Shown here: one piece after another, positions 10,580 through 19,026 of the stretch
Layout: every line of letters starts with the position of its first letter
Position numbering within the stretch: position 1 is the first letter of the stretch
NCBI GenBank assembly: GCA_049970495.1
Contig: JBMFMV010000036.1
Coordinates: 1-19,517, forward strand
From: a bacterium
GTDB taxonomy: Bacteria; DUMJ01
Direction of reading: 5' to 3'
DNA length: 19,517 nt
Program-made: the position numbers and the translations under genes
Notes under the pieces: generated by a model
The model's input: only the letters and a program-made list of their open reading frames with translations
What the model was told of the DNA's origin: nothing
Databases searched by the model: none

Positions 10580-11872
10580 ATGGCTATTATAGAGGTAAAG
10601 AATTTAACTATAATCTTTGATATGCCTAATAATACTAGGATAACGGTAGTAGAAGATATAAACTTTTCTCTTGAAGAAGGGGAATTTGTTGCTATTTTAG
10701 GACCATCCGGTGCAGGAAAGTCTACCATAGTTAGAGCTATAGCTGGTCTTATAAAACCGACCCACGGAGAGGTTTTATACAGAGGCAAATTAGTAGAAGG
10801 GGTAAACCCTGGGGTTTCAATGGTGTTTCAAACAGCTGCCCTTTTCCCATGGTTAACAGTTCTAGAAAATGTCGAAATAGGATTAAAGGCTAAAGGGGTT
10901 CCACCTAAAGAAAGAAGAGAAAGAGCTCTTAAGATGATAGACTTAATAGGGCTAGACGGTTTTGAAAGCGCCTACCCAAAGGAGCTCTCAGGTGGTATGA
11001 GACAAAGAGTTGGATTTGCTAGAGCCTTAGTGGTAGAGCCAGAGGTACTACTTATGGATGAGCCTTTTTCTGGTCTAGATGTGCTTACTGCAGAGAACCT
11101 ACGTAATGACCTTTTAGAATTATGGATAGAAAAAAGGATTCCTACTAAGACAATCCTTCTCATAACACATAGTATAGAAGAAGCGGTATATCTTGCAGAT
11201 AGGGTTATAGTACTAGATAAAAATCCCGGAAGAATAAAACAAGAGATATATATAAACATACCACATTGGCGAGATAGAGAATCAGAAGAGTTTATAAGGT
11301 TGGTAGACCGTATTTACAGTATTATGATGGGTAAACCTATAGTCACTGCTAAACCTCCTAGGGTAGAAAGATATGGGACTCCTCTACCTCATGTAAGGGT
11401 AGGAGCTATAGCCGGTTTTGTAGAGCTTATTGCTGAGCTGGAAAGAAAAGAGGACATATATAAAATAGCGGAAGACTTAAATATGGACCTAGCAGATATA
11501 CAACCCGTTATAGAAGCTGCAGAATTACTGAAATTCATAGATACTACAGGAGGAGATATATCTGTTACAGAAATAGGGAGAGTCTTTGCAGAGGCGGATG
11601 TCCTAGAGAAGAAGGAGATATTTAGAAAACAGATATTGGCCAATGTTCCTTTTATTCAGCAAATAATTCAAGTCTTACAAAATAAATCTAACCATAGGAT
11701 GCCAATAGAGTTCTTTATAGAGCTTCTAGAAACTAAGTTTAGTACAAGTGAAGCTCAAGCTCAGATGGAAATAGCTATAGATTGGGGAAGGTACGCCGAG
11801 CTATTTGCATATGACGAGGATAGTAAAGAAGTGTATCTAGAAGAGGAAGTTCCAGAAGGTGAGAAGGTATAA
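10580..11872 (+). CDS. NitT/TauT-like ABC ATP-binding protein with C-terminal AAA-associated domain
   Basis: Walker A GPSGAGKS, LSGGM, LLMDEPFS, ITH; C-terminal extension of roughly 170 aa ending in IDWGRYAELFAYD, typical of the AAA_assoc_C domain. Confidence 0.9.
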   Translation: MAIIEVKNLTIIFDMPNNTRITVVEDINFSLEEGEFVAILGPSGAGKSTIVRAIAGLIKPTHGEVLYRGKLVEGVNPGVSMVFQTAALFPWLTVLENVEIGLKAKGVPPKERRERALKMIDLIGLDGFESAYPKELSGGMRQRVGFARALVVEPEVLLMDEPFSGLDVLTAENLRNDLLELWIEKRIPTKTILLITHSIEEAVYLADRVIVLDKNPGRIKQEIYINIPHWRDRESEEFIRLVDRIYSIMMGKPIVTAKPPRVERYGTPLPHVRVGAIAGFVELIAELERKEDIYKIAEDLNMDLADIQPVIEAAELLKFIDTTGGDISVTEIGRVFAEADVLEKKEIFRKQILANVPFIQQIIQVLQNKSNHRMPIEFFIELLETKFSTSEAQAQMEIAIDWGRYAELFAYDEDSKEVYLEEEVPEGEKV

Positions 11873-12365
11873 AATACTAAGAATATTATATGTAATCACT
11901 CTTTCACTTCTTATATCAATTCTATTTAGAGCACCTGTAGTGGAAGCAGTTAGAGATATGTTAACTGTACTTATATACTTTCTTACACCTATTATAATAA
12001 AAAACTACTGGTGTTTAATCGTAGGGGTATTAGTTCCCCTCTTAAGATTTTTAATCAAGTTACAAGTGTATAACCCTACATCTGTACTATTTTTTATAAT
12101 ATTAGGTGATGTCTCTTTGATATCTATATCTTCTCTTCTTTATAATAAAGGAAGGTGGGTAAGTTTTATAGGAATCATCTTAAGTAGCTTGACAAGATTT
12201 TTAGTCGTATCAAGATCTGTCTCCAGATTAATAGATAACCATAGTAATACCTATATCACTAGTATGAATCTACTCTGGTTTACAATTTTAGGAGGTATAT
12301 TAGCCTTTATAGCTATACCCCAGGTAGAAAGAGAGATAGAGACAAAAAATGAACTTTATAGATGA
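11859..12365 (+). CDS. Integral membrane protein, divergent ECF transporter S-component-like
   Basis: 168 aa, 5-6 TM segments. GVLVPLL.FL, FIILGD, LSSLTRFLV and TILGGILA match the recalled S-component pattern G.LTP..AF / FI..GN / AA..KFL / A.IGG.LA. Overlaps both neighbouring genes. Confidence 0.55.
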   Translation: MRRYKILRILYVITLSLLISILFRAPVVEAVRDMLTVLIYFLTPIIIKNYWCLIVGVLVPLLRFLIKLQVYNPTSVLFFIILGDVSLISISSLLYNKGRWVSFIGIILSSLTRFLVVSRSVSRLIDNHSNTYITSMNLLWFTILGGILAFIAIPQVEREIETKNELYR

Positions 12366-14445
12366 ATTAAATCCACAGCAAAGAGAGGCTGTCCTATATA
12401 CTGAAGCACCACTTCTAGTCCTTGCTGGAGCTGGAAGTGGAAAGACTAGAGTTATAACATACAAAATTGCCTATCTAGTTAAGGAATTAGATGTGCCTGA
12501 GGATAATATATTAGGAGTAACCTTCACTAACAAAGCAGCTGGAGAGATGAAAGCTAGAGTTGCAAAACTCTTACAAAAAGAAGTAAGTGACGTCTGGTTA
12601 GGAACATTTCACGCTACTGCAGCAAAGATACTAAGAAGATATGGTCCCTACGTAGGGATAAATAACAATTTTTCTATCCTAGATGAAGATGATCAAGTTT
12701 CTCTTATAAAGGAAGTAATCTCAGAATTAGATCTAGACATAAAAAGATATCCCCCTGGAGGCTTTATAGAAAAGATAAGTAGGGCTAAAGAGAGTCTTAT
12801 AGACCCTGTAACTTATGGAGAGTTTGTAGAAAGTTATTATGAAAGTATAGTAGCTAAGGTTTATCAAAAATACCAGGAGAAACTGATGCAGAATCAAGCC
12901 TTAGATTTCGATGACCTACTTATGTATCTAGTAAAGCTCTTTAGAGAAAATGAGAAGATTTTATCTTACTACCAGAATAAATTTAGATATATACTCGTTG
13001 ATGAATATCAGGACACTAATTACGCACAATACATGATAGTCTTTCTATTAGCCCAAGTACATCGAAGACTTACTGTAGTAGGGGACGATGATCAGGCAAT
13101 CTATAGTTGGAGAGGAGCAGACATAAGAAACATCCTTGAGTTTGAAAAAGATTTCCCAGGAGCAAAGGTCATTCGTCTAGAACAGAACTATAGATCCACT
13201 AAGAATATATTAGAGGCAGCAAATAGAGTGATAGCCCATAATAAGTTTAGAAAGGGTAAAACTTTATGGACAAATAATGAGACTGGTAACAAGATAAAAC
13301 TTTATATAGCCAAAGATGAGATATCTGAAGCAAATTTTGTAGCGAGAGAAATTATCCTATTACAAAAGAGAGAGAATTTGAACTTTGGAGACTTTGCAGT
13401 ATTTTATAGGACTCATGCTCAGTCTAGAGCTTTAGAAGAGGCGATGATAAGAAATGGAATACCTTATAAAATTATTGGTGGAATAAAGTTCTATCAAAGA
13501 AAGGAGATCAAAGATATATTAGCCTATCTAAGGTTTATTCTGAATCAATATGATGGGATAAGTCTAAAGAGGATAATAAATACACCTAGAAGAGGAATAG
13601 GTGATGCCACTCTTTCTAAGATTATAGAATACGCAAATGAAAAGGGCATAAGTTATTTGGATTCGATGAAGGATCTAATTAATACTGAAGGATTAGGAAA
13701 GAAAGTAAGTAGAGAGGTAGAAAAATTTGTTAAGCTAATAGAAGAACTTATAGCTTATTCTAAATTGCACTCAGTAGAAGAAGTTATTATAGAAGTATTA
13801 GATAAAACAGGATATATAAAAGAACTAGCAGAACTACAAACAGCTACAGCTCAGATGAGAATAGAAAATGTAGAAGAACTAATATCAGTTGCGAAGGAAT
13901 ATACAAAACAATCTGAAGATTTAACTCTAGAAAGTTTTCTAAACTATGTCTCATTAATGTCAGATATAGATAATCTAGAAGATGAAAACTCTTCTGTAAT
14001 CCTTATGACGCTTCATAGTGCTAAGGGTCTTGAATTTCCAGTGGTATTTATGACAGGAATGGAAGAAGGTGTATTTCCACACAGTCTCTCTATTGGAGAA
14101 AGAGAAGAATTAGAAGAAGAGAGAAGACTATGTTACGTAGGTATGACTAGGGCTAAAAGATATTTATACCTTACGTCTGCAGAGATAAGGACTCTCTATG
14201 GCCATACAAACAGTAATGAGCTCTCTAGATTTATAAAGGAAATCCCAGAAGAATATATAGATCCGGTAACAAAGGCGGAGATTATGTTCGAAAGAGGAGA
14301 AAAGGTCTGGCATGCAAAGTGGGGTGAAGGTATCGTTCAAGAGGTCCATCCCTTAGAAGATGGGGAAACAGAATTAGTTGTAGTGTTCAACGAAATTGGC
14401 AAGAAGCATCTTCTAGCAAAATATGCTAGTTTAGAAAAACTATAA
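12349..14445 (+). CDS. pcrA: ATP-dependent DNA helicase PcrA/UvrD
   Basis: LNPQQ, AGAGSGKT, TFTNKAA, VDEYQDTN, VGDDDQ.IY.WRGA, LEQNYRST, TLHSAKGLEF, EEERRL.YV.MTRA and a C-terminal Tudor-like V.H.KWG.G.V domain. Confidence 0.96.
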   Translation: MNFIDELNPQQREAVLYTEAPLLVLAGAGSGKTRVITYKIAYLVKELDVPEDNILGVTFTNKAAGEMKARVAKLLQKEVSDVWLGTFHATAAKILRRYGPYVGINNNFSILDEDDQVSLIKEVISELDLDIKRYPPGGFIEKISRAKESLIDPVTYGEFVESYYESIVAKVYQKYQEKLMQNQALDFDDLLMYLVKLFRENEKILSYYQNKFRYILVDEYQDTNYAQYMIVFLLAQVHRRLTVVGDDDQAIYSWRGADIRNILEFEKDFPGAKVIRLEQNYRSTKNILEAANRVIAHNKFRKGKTLWTNNETGNKIKLYIAKDEISEANFVAREIILLQKRENLNFGDFAVFYRTHAQSRALEEAMIRNGIPYKIIGGIKFYQRKEIKDILAYLRFILNQYDGISLKRIINTPRRGIGDATLSKIIEYANEKGISYLDSMKDLINTEGLGKKVSREVEKFVKLIEELIAYSKLHSVEEVIIEVLDKTGYIKELAELQTATAQMRIENVEELISVAKEYTKQSEDLTLESFLNYVSLMSDIDNLEDENSSVILMTLHSAKGLEFPVVFMTGMEEGVFPHSLSIGEREELEEERRLCYVGMTRAKRYLYLTSAEIRTLYGHTNSNELSRFIKEIPEEYIDPVTKAEIMFERGEKVWHAKWGEGIVQEVHPLEDGETELVVVFNEIGKKHLLAKYASLEKL

Positions 14446-14450
14446 GTAAT

Positions 14451-15599
14451 TTATATTTTAACTAATTCTATCGCCTTCCTTGGACAGAGTTCCACACAAA
14501 GTCCACAACCTATGCAATTTGAGTTTATATAGAATCTTCCGTCATTGTGCCTTTCTATACTAGAAGAATAACAAGCCTTATAACAAATCCCACATTGGTT
14601 ACACTTTTCTTGATTTATATAGGCTACATAAACCTTTCTTCTGTCTACTTCTTTATAGGAGAGAATTTTCCCTACAACTTTACCTCTTATATCGTCTAGA
14701 GAGGTATATCCTTTTTTTTCAAGAAATTCAATAATTTCCCTATTAATCCTTTCTATTACTTCATAGCCATTAAGAATTACAACTGTACATATCTGAACAG
14801 AAGTTGCCCCCGCAAGGATGCATTTAATAGCATCTTTCCCGTTAGTTACACCACCACTAGCGGAGATAGGGATACGTAGATAAGGATACATAGCAGAAAT
14901 CCACCTTAAGACATAATGAATAGCCCAAGCCCCTCCGTGTCCCGCATATCCCCCATGAAGTATAGGGGCTTCTGTATCTAGGTCTATATCTAACCCTGTG
15001 AATCTATTAAATACAACTACGCCGTTACCTCCACTTCTCTCTACCTCGCTTGCTTCGATCATTGGGTCACTAGTCTGAGGGCTCAATTTTACAATTCTAG
15101 GAATCTTTACATATTTAGTAGCATCTAAAGCCTTTTTTATCTCATCCTTTAGTGTTCTACCCTCCATTATATGGACACCATGCGGACAACTCACATTTAA
15201 CTCTATCCCATCTGCACCAGCTGATTCAACCAGATAAGACATTTTGTTCCACATTTCAGGAGTAATGCAGTTTAGACTAGCAAAGACAGGAATTTTTACT
15301 AGATTCTTAGCCTTAGATATCTCTTCAGCATATTCTTCTGGACCAAGTTCACTTGCCTGTTCATAAGAATATAGGATGACAGAGGAGTTACCATTATATC
15401 CTCTCTTTATTAACTTAAATCTAGGGGTTGGAGCCCTCCTGCATATTTCTTCTTCAAAAAAAGACTTCATAACTACCGCCCCTGCCCCATAATCCTCTGC
15501 CTTCTTAATCTGATGCGCATATTCAACTATACCCGCAGAAGAAACTATCACTGGAGTCTTAAGTTTTAGACCAGCATAGGTTACCTCTATATTAGGCAA
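14451..15599 (-). CDS. Dihydroorotate/dihydropyrimidine dehydrogenase (PreA-like) FMN barrel protein with C-terminal 2[4Fe-4S] domain
   Basis: GAGAVVMKS, ELNVSCPH (catalytic Cys), VKLSP, SGGV and AGA..VQ.CT motifs; CNQCGICYKAC and CIGCGLCVELCP; TTG start with SD AAGGAGG. Confidence 0.85.
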   Translation of the reverse strand: MPNIEVTYAGLKLKTPVIVSSAGIVEYAHQIKKAEDYGAGAVVMKSFFEEEICRRAPTPRFKLIKRGYNGNSSVILYSYEQASELGPEEYAEEISKAKNLVKIPVFASLNCITPEMWNKMSYLVESAGADGIELNVSCPHGVHIMEGRTLKDEIKKALDATKYVKIPRIVKLSPQTSDPMIEASEVERSGGNGVVVFNRFTGLDIDLDTEAPILHGGYAGHGGAWAIHYVLRWISAMYPYLRIPISASGGVTNGKDAIKCILAGATSVQICTVVILNGYEVIERINREIIEFLEKKGYTSLDDIRGKVVGKILSYKEVDRRKVYVAYINQEKCNQCGICYKACYSSSIERHNDGRFYINSNCIGCGLCVELCPRKAIELVKI

Positions 15600-15615
15600 C
15601 TACTCCATCCTCCTT

Positions 15616-16401
15616 TTATAGATATTTTAACTTTTCAGAAATCGTATCTCCTGTCTTAATAAGTATTGGAATTAATTCTTGTAATCTCTCTTCTGTCAAC
15701 CTAAATGATGGGATAGAAATACTCATAGCCGCTATAGCCTTACCATCTTTATTGATTATAGGAACCCCTACACACCTTATACCTGGCTCAAATTCCTCTC
15801 TATCCAAGGCATATCTTTGCATCCTAACCTTTTCCAGTTCTTCTGCCAATTCTCTTCCAGATTTTATAGTATTCTGAGTCTTTTGAGGGAGCACATCCTT
15901 AGAGGTCCACCTTTTAATCAATTCTTCGGGACCAAAAGCTAATAGACACTTACCTAAGGCGGTGCAATAAAGAGGAGCCCTAGCCCCTATCCTTGAGTAC
16001 ATTCTGATGGTATGTTTACTTTCAACCTTATCTATATATACTATCTCATCGCCTTCCCTTACAGCTAGATGTACAGTCTCATTAGTCTTATCTGCCAATT
16101 CTTCTAGGTAAGGATGAATTATCTTCTTTATATCAAGTCTTTCATTTATGATGCTAGAAAGCTCTAAGGGCTTTAGACCAAGAAAATATTTCTCCGTCTC
16201 CTCATCCTGATCTACGTAACCAAACTGTCTTAATGTGCTCACAAGCCTATAGGCAGTACTTTTATGTACCCCTATAAACTTGCCTATCTCGGTAACACCC
16301 ATAGGCTTACTAGAATGAGCTAAGAGGTCTATTATCCTAAGTGCCCGTTCAAGACTTTGCACATTATCTAAACTTTTAGTATCTTTTCTCTTTGTTTTCA
16401 T
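15616..16401 (-). CDS. IclR-family transcriptional regulator
   Basis: VQSLERAL.I, HTH HKSTAYRL..TL...GY, ETVHL, G.R.PLYCTALGK and EE...G.RCV.VPI motifs. Confidence 0.95.
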   Translation of the reverse strand: MKTKRKDTKSLDNVQSLERALRIIDLLAHSSKPMGVTEIGKFIGVHKSTAYRLVSTLRQFGYVDQDEETEKYFLGLKPLELSSIINERLDIKKIIHPYLEELADKTNETVHLAVREGDEIVYIDKVESKHTIRMYSRIGARAPLYCTALGKCLLAFGPEELIKRWTSKDVLPQKTQNTIKSGRELAEELEKVRMQRYALDREEFEPGIRCVGVPIINKDGKAIAAMSISIPSFRLTEERLQELIPILIKTGDTISEKLKYL

Positions 16402-16414
16402 AAAAGCAACCCAA

Positions 16415-16460
16415 TTTACAATATTGTAAAAATTGTATCATAGGTAAACTGACAAATCAA
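16415..16460 (-). promoter_or_regulatory. Promoter of the IclR gene with a perfect palindromic operator candidate
   Basis: TTGATT (16460-16455), 17 nt, TACAAT (16437-16432) with a TG extension. The perfect 16-bp palindrome TTTACAATATTGTAAA (16415-16430) covers the predicted +1. Confidence 0.65.
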
Positions 16461-18220
16461 GTCTGTTGTAATTCCGAACTAGATTCATACAATTTTCTAT
16501 ATATACCATTTTTGGAGAGAAGTTCAACATGAGTCCCTCTTTCTACTATTTCACCGTTTTCTATCACTAGTATATTATCAGCCTCCCTAACAAAACCCAG
16601 ACGATGAGAAATGATAAATGTAGTTCTACCTTTCATCAACCTAACAATTGCATCCTTTACCAGAGATTCTGATTCGGGGTCTAAGGCGGAAGTTGCTTCA
16701 TCTAAGATAAGTATCTTTGGATTATGTAAAAAAGCTCTTGCGATAGCAATACGTTGCCTCTGCCCACCGGAGAGTCTTATACCAGATTCATCACCTATTA
16801 TAGTATCATAGCCTTTAGGTAATCGCATTATAAAGTCATGCGCATTAGCAGATTTAGCAGCCTCTATAACATCCTGTCTTGTTGCATACGGTGTCCCATA
16901 TCTTATATTTTCTAGAATAGTATCAGAGAATAGTATAGTATCTTGTGGGACTATACTCATCTGTTGCCTAAGTGACTGAATCTTAAAGTCTCTTATATCA
17001 ATCCTGTCAATTAAAATGACCCCTTCCTGAGGATCATAAAACCTCATAAGGAGATTCACTATAGTTGTTTTACCTGCCCCACTCCTACCCACTAATGCAA
17101 TTATCTCTCCTGGTTTTACATGGAATGAAATATTCTTTATAACTGGATTTTCACTGTCGTATCCAAAGGTTACATTCTTAAACTCTATCTCTCCCTCTAT
17201 AGTATTCACGATAATAGCATTGGGCTTTTCTTTTACTAGTGGCTCTGCCTCAAAGAGCTCAAATACCCTTCCTATAGCACCTGCACTTTGACTTATTGTA
17301 TTAAAACTGCGAGATATCGAGTATATAGGATCTACCATCAATAATAAAGCGGTAAAAAACGCCATCAGACTCCCAGAAGTCATGCTTCTACTAAGTACTT
17401 GAATACCTCCAAACCATAATATCCCCAGTAAGCCTATAGTCTGAAGTAAGGTCACAATTGGTGTTTGAGTTGCTATAATTCTGGCACTTCTTAAAGAGGC
17501 TTCTAAACTCTTTGTACTTAACTCTTGGAACTTAAATATCTCGGATTCTTCCATCCCAAAAGATTTTACTAGATGTACCCCCCTTATCCTTTCTTCTAAA
17601 AGTCTTATTAGGTCGGCAAATCTCTGCTGCACCTGTCTAGTAACTCTTACCATCTGATTCCCCAAGTAAGACACAACTGAGGCTATAAATGGAAGTATTG
17701 CAAGTGAAAAAATAGTAAGCTTCCAATTTAGGTATATCATATAACCTAATGCACCGATTAACATAAAACTACTCAAAGGTATATCTATAAGTATTGAATT
17801 AAGCGCCTGTGGTATTAAGGTAATATCGTTAGAAAGACGTGATATTATCTCACCGGTGTGCCATTTTTGGTAAAACTCCATAGACAGTTTCTGTAGATGA
17901 GCATATACCTTTACTCTCAGGTCATTCATAACCCTCTGAGTTATTACAGACTGTATATATATCTGCCAGTATTGCAGTATACTCTGGACTATAGTAATTC
18001 CAACTATAACAAGTATAGTTGTATGAAGATTTCTCATCGCTACATTATAAGCCTTCTGTGTGTTAAAGACATCGTCAAAGAGAAACTTTAAGATAGGAGA
18101 GAAAATTAGTCTTGCCGGAGCTAGAAGTATAGTGAGCAAGAAGAGAGCAAATACAAGTAATTTATAAGGTTTCACATACACGTATAATTCTTTATAAGCT
18201 CTTATTATTGAACTCTTCAT
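16457..18220 (-). CDS. ABC exporter, fused TMD-NBD (MsbA/Sav1866-like)
   Basis: N-terminal 6-TM domain (TGEIISRL.ND) plus NBD motifs GRSGAGKT, LSGGQRQR, ILILDEATSALD, SHRL. The ATG at 18220, preceded by GAGGGGG, is a likelier start than the GTG at 18235. Confidence 0.9.
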   Translation of the reverse strand: MKSSIIRAYKELYVYVKPYKLLVFALFLLTILLAPARLIFSPILKFLFDDVFNTQKAYNVAMRNLHTTILVIVGITIVQSILQYWQIYIQSVITQRVMNDLRVKVYAHLQKLSMEFYQKWHTGEIISRLSNDITLIPQALNSILIDIPLSSFMLIGALGYMIYLNWKLTIFSLAILPFIASVVSYLGNQMVRVTRQVQQRFADLIRLLEERIRGVHLVKSFGMEESEIFKFQELSTKSLEASLRSARIIATQTPIVTLLQTIGLLGILWFGGIQVLSRSMTSGSLMAFFTALLLMVDPIYSISRSFNTISQSAGAIGRVFELFEAEPLVKEKPNAIIVNTIEGEIEFKNVTFGYDSENPVIKNISFHVKPGEIIALVGRSGAGKTTIVNLLMRFYDPQEGVILIDRIDIRDFKIQSLRQQMSIVPQDTILFSDTILENIRYGTPYATRQDVIEAAKSANAHDFIMRLPKGYDTIIGDESGIRLSGGQRQRIAIARAFLHNPKILILDEATSALDPESESLVKDAIVRLMKGRTTFIISHRLGFVREADNILVIENGEIVERGTHVELLSKNGIYRKLYESSSELQQT

Positions 18221-18902
18221 TATTAACCCCCTCACAAAATCTATTCAATGGACAACCAATATGGACAGGTCTTTTTTTACAATACCTTTTCCCTAACTCT
18301 ACTATAAGTGCATGAAACTCGTTGTATAAGTATTCATCATTTGGTGTGTTATCCATAACAATTCTTTGAATCTCATCATAGCTCTCTTTACCGCTTATTA
18401 TTCTAAGTCTCGAAAATAACCTCTTAGTATAAGTATCCACAACAAAAATTGGATATCCGCTAGCATATAATATTATTGAATCCGCTGTTTCCTTACCTAT
18501 GCCTTTTATACTAAGTAATTCCTCCCTAAGCTTCTCTAAAGGCAGTTTTAAAAATTCTTCTAGAGAGTTATACTCCTTAATTTTATTCATAAGATTTACA
18601 AGTCTCTCACTCTTTACCCTATAGTATCCAACGCTCCTTATTAATTCTGGTAATCTATCTTTATCCTTCAATATATCATCAATAGATAGAATTCCACCCT
18701 TTTTTAGATTATTTATAGCCTTTTCTACATTTTTCCAATTGGTATTCTGGGTAAGAACGGCTCCCACTACTATCTCAAACTTAGTCTCTGCTGGCCACCA
18801 ATATTGGGGACCAAAGGCATTATAAAGCGCAGAATATATATCAAGAAGAAACGTACCCAGATATGAACTTTTTAATTCTTTCTGGTAGTCTACAGTTTTC
18901 AT
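18192..18902 (-). CDS. Endonuclease III-related HhH-GPD DNA glycosylase (COG2231-like)
   Basis: GPQ.WWP..T.FE..VGA.LTQNT.W.NV, HhH motif LLSIKGIGKETADSI, VVD.YT.R, EFHALIV..GK; C-terminal Fe-S motif with one Cys replaced by His. Confidence 0.9.
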   Translation of the reverse strand: MKTVDYQKELKSSYLGTFLLDIYSALYNAFGPQYWWPAETKFEIVVGAVLTQNTNWKNVEKAINNLKKGGILSIDDILKDKDRLPELIRSVGYYRVKSERLVNLMNKIKEYNSLEEFLKLPLEKLREELLSIKGIGKETADSIILYASGYPIFVVDTYTKRLFSRLRIISGKESYDEIQRIVMDNTPNDEYLYNEFHALIVELGKRYCKKRPVHIGCPLNRFCEGVNNEEFNNKSL

Positions 18903-19026
18903 CTATTTCACAGACTTTTAAACCATCTTTTTCTATATCTTCTCTTATTATACAATCTCCGTTAATCTTACCATCTGAGATTAGTATAAGCCTATTACAC
19001 TTAACTTTAAAGCCAACTATTCTCAT
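18841..19026 (-). CDS. Small hypothetical protein (61 aa, 4 Cys)
   Basis: The ATG overlaps the upstream stop codon (ATGA, 19026-19023) and the ORF fills an otherwise empty 120-nt gap. It overlaps the next ORF by 62 nt and has no motif I recognise. Confidence 0.45.
   Translation of the reverse strand: MRIVGFKVKCNRLILISDGKINGDCIIREDIEKDGLKVCEIDENCRLPERIKKFISGYVSS

Noticed and set aside
9877..11643. Alternative-frame and antisense ORFs in the permease and ATPase genes
   Set aside because: They overlap strongly supported genes and look like typical shadow translations.
12349..14445. Defence-system helicase (e.g. Gabija GajB) paired with an ATPase
   Set aside because: It is a full-length canonical PcrA with its C-terminal domain, and the neighbouring ATPase is a transporter NBD rather than an OLD-family nuclease.
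14164..18091. Short ORFs 14164-14349, 16611-16811 and 17897-18091
   Set aside because: Antisense shadows inside pcrA and the MsbA-like gene.
16457..18220. Assigning the gene symbol msbA
   Set aside because: The fold class fits, but no lipid A genes are adjacent and the substrate cannot be determined from sequence.
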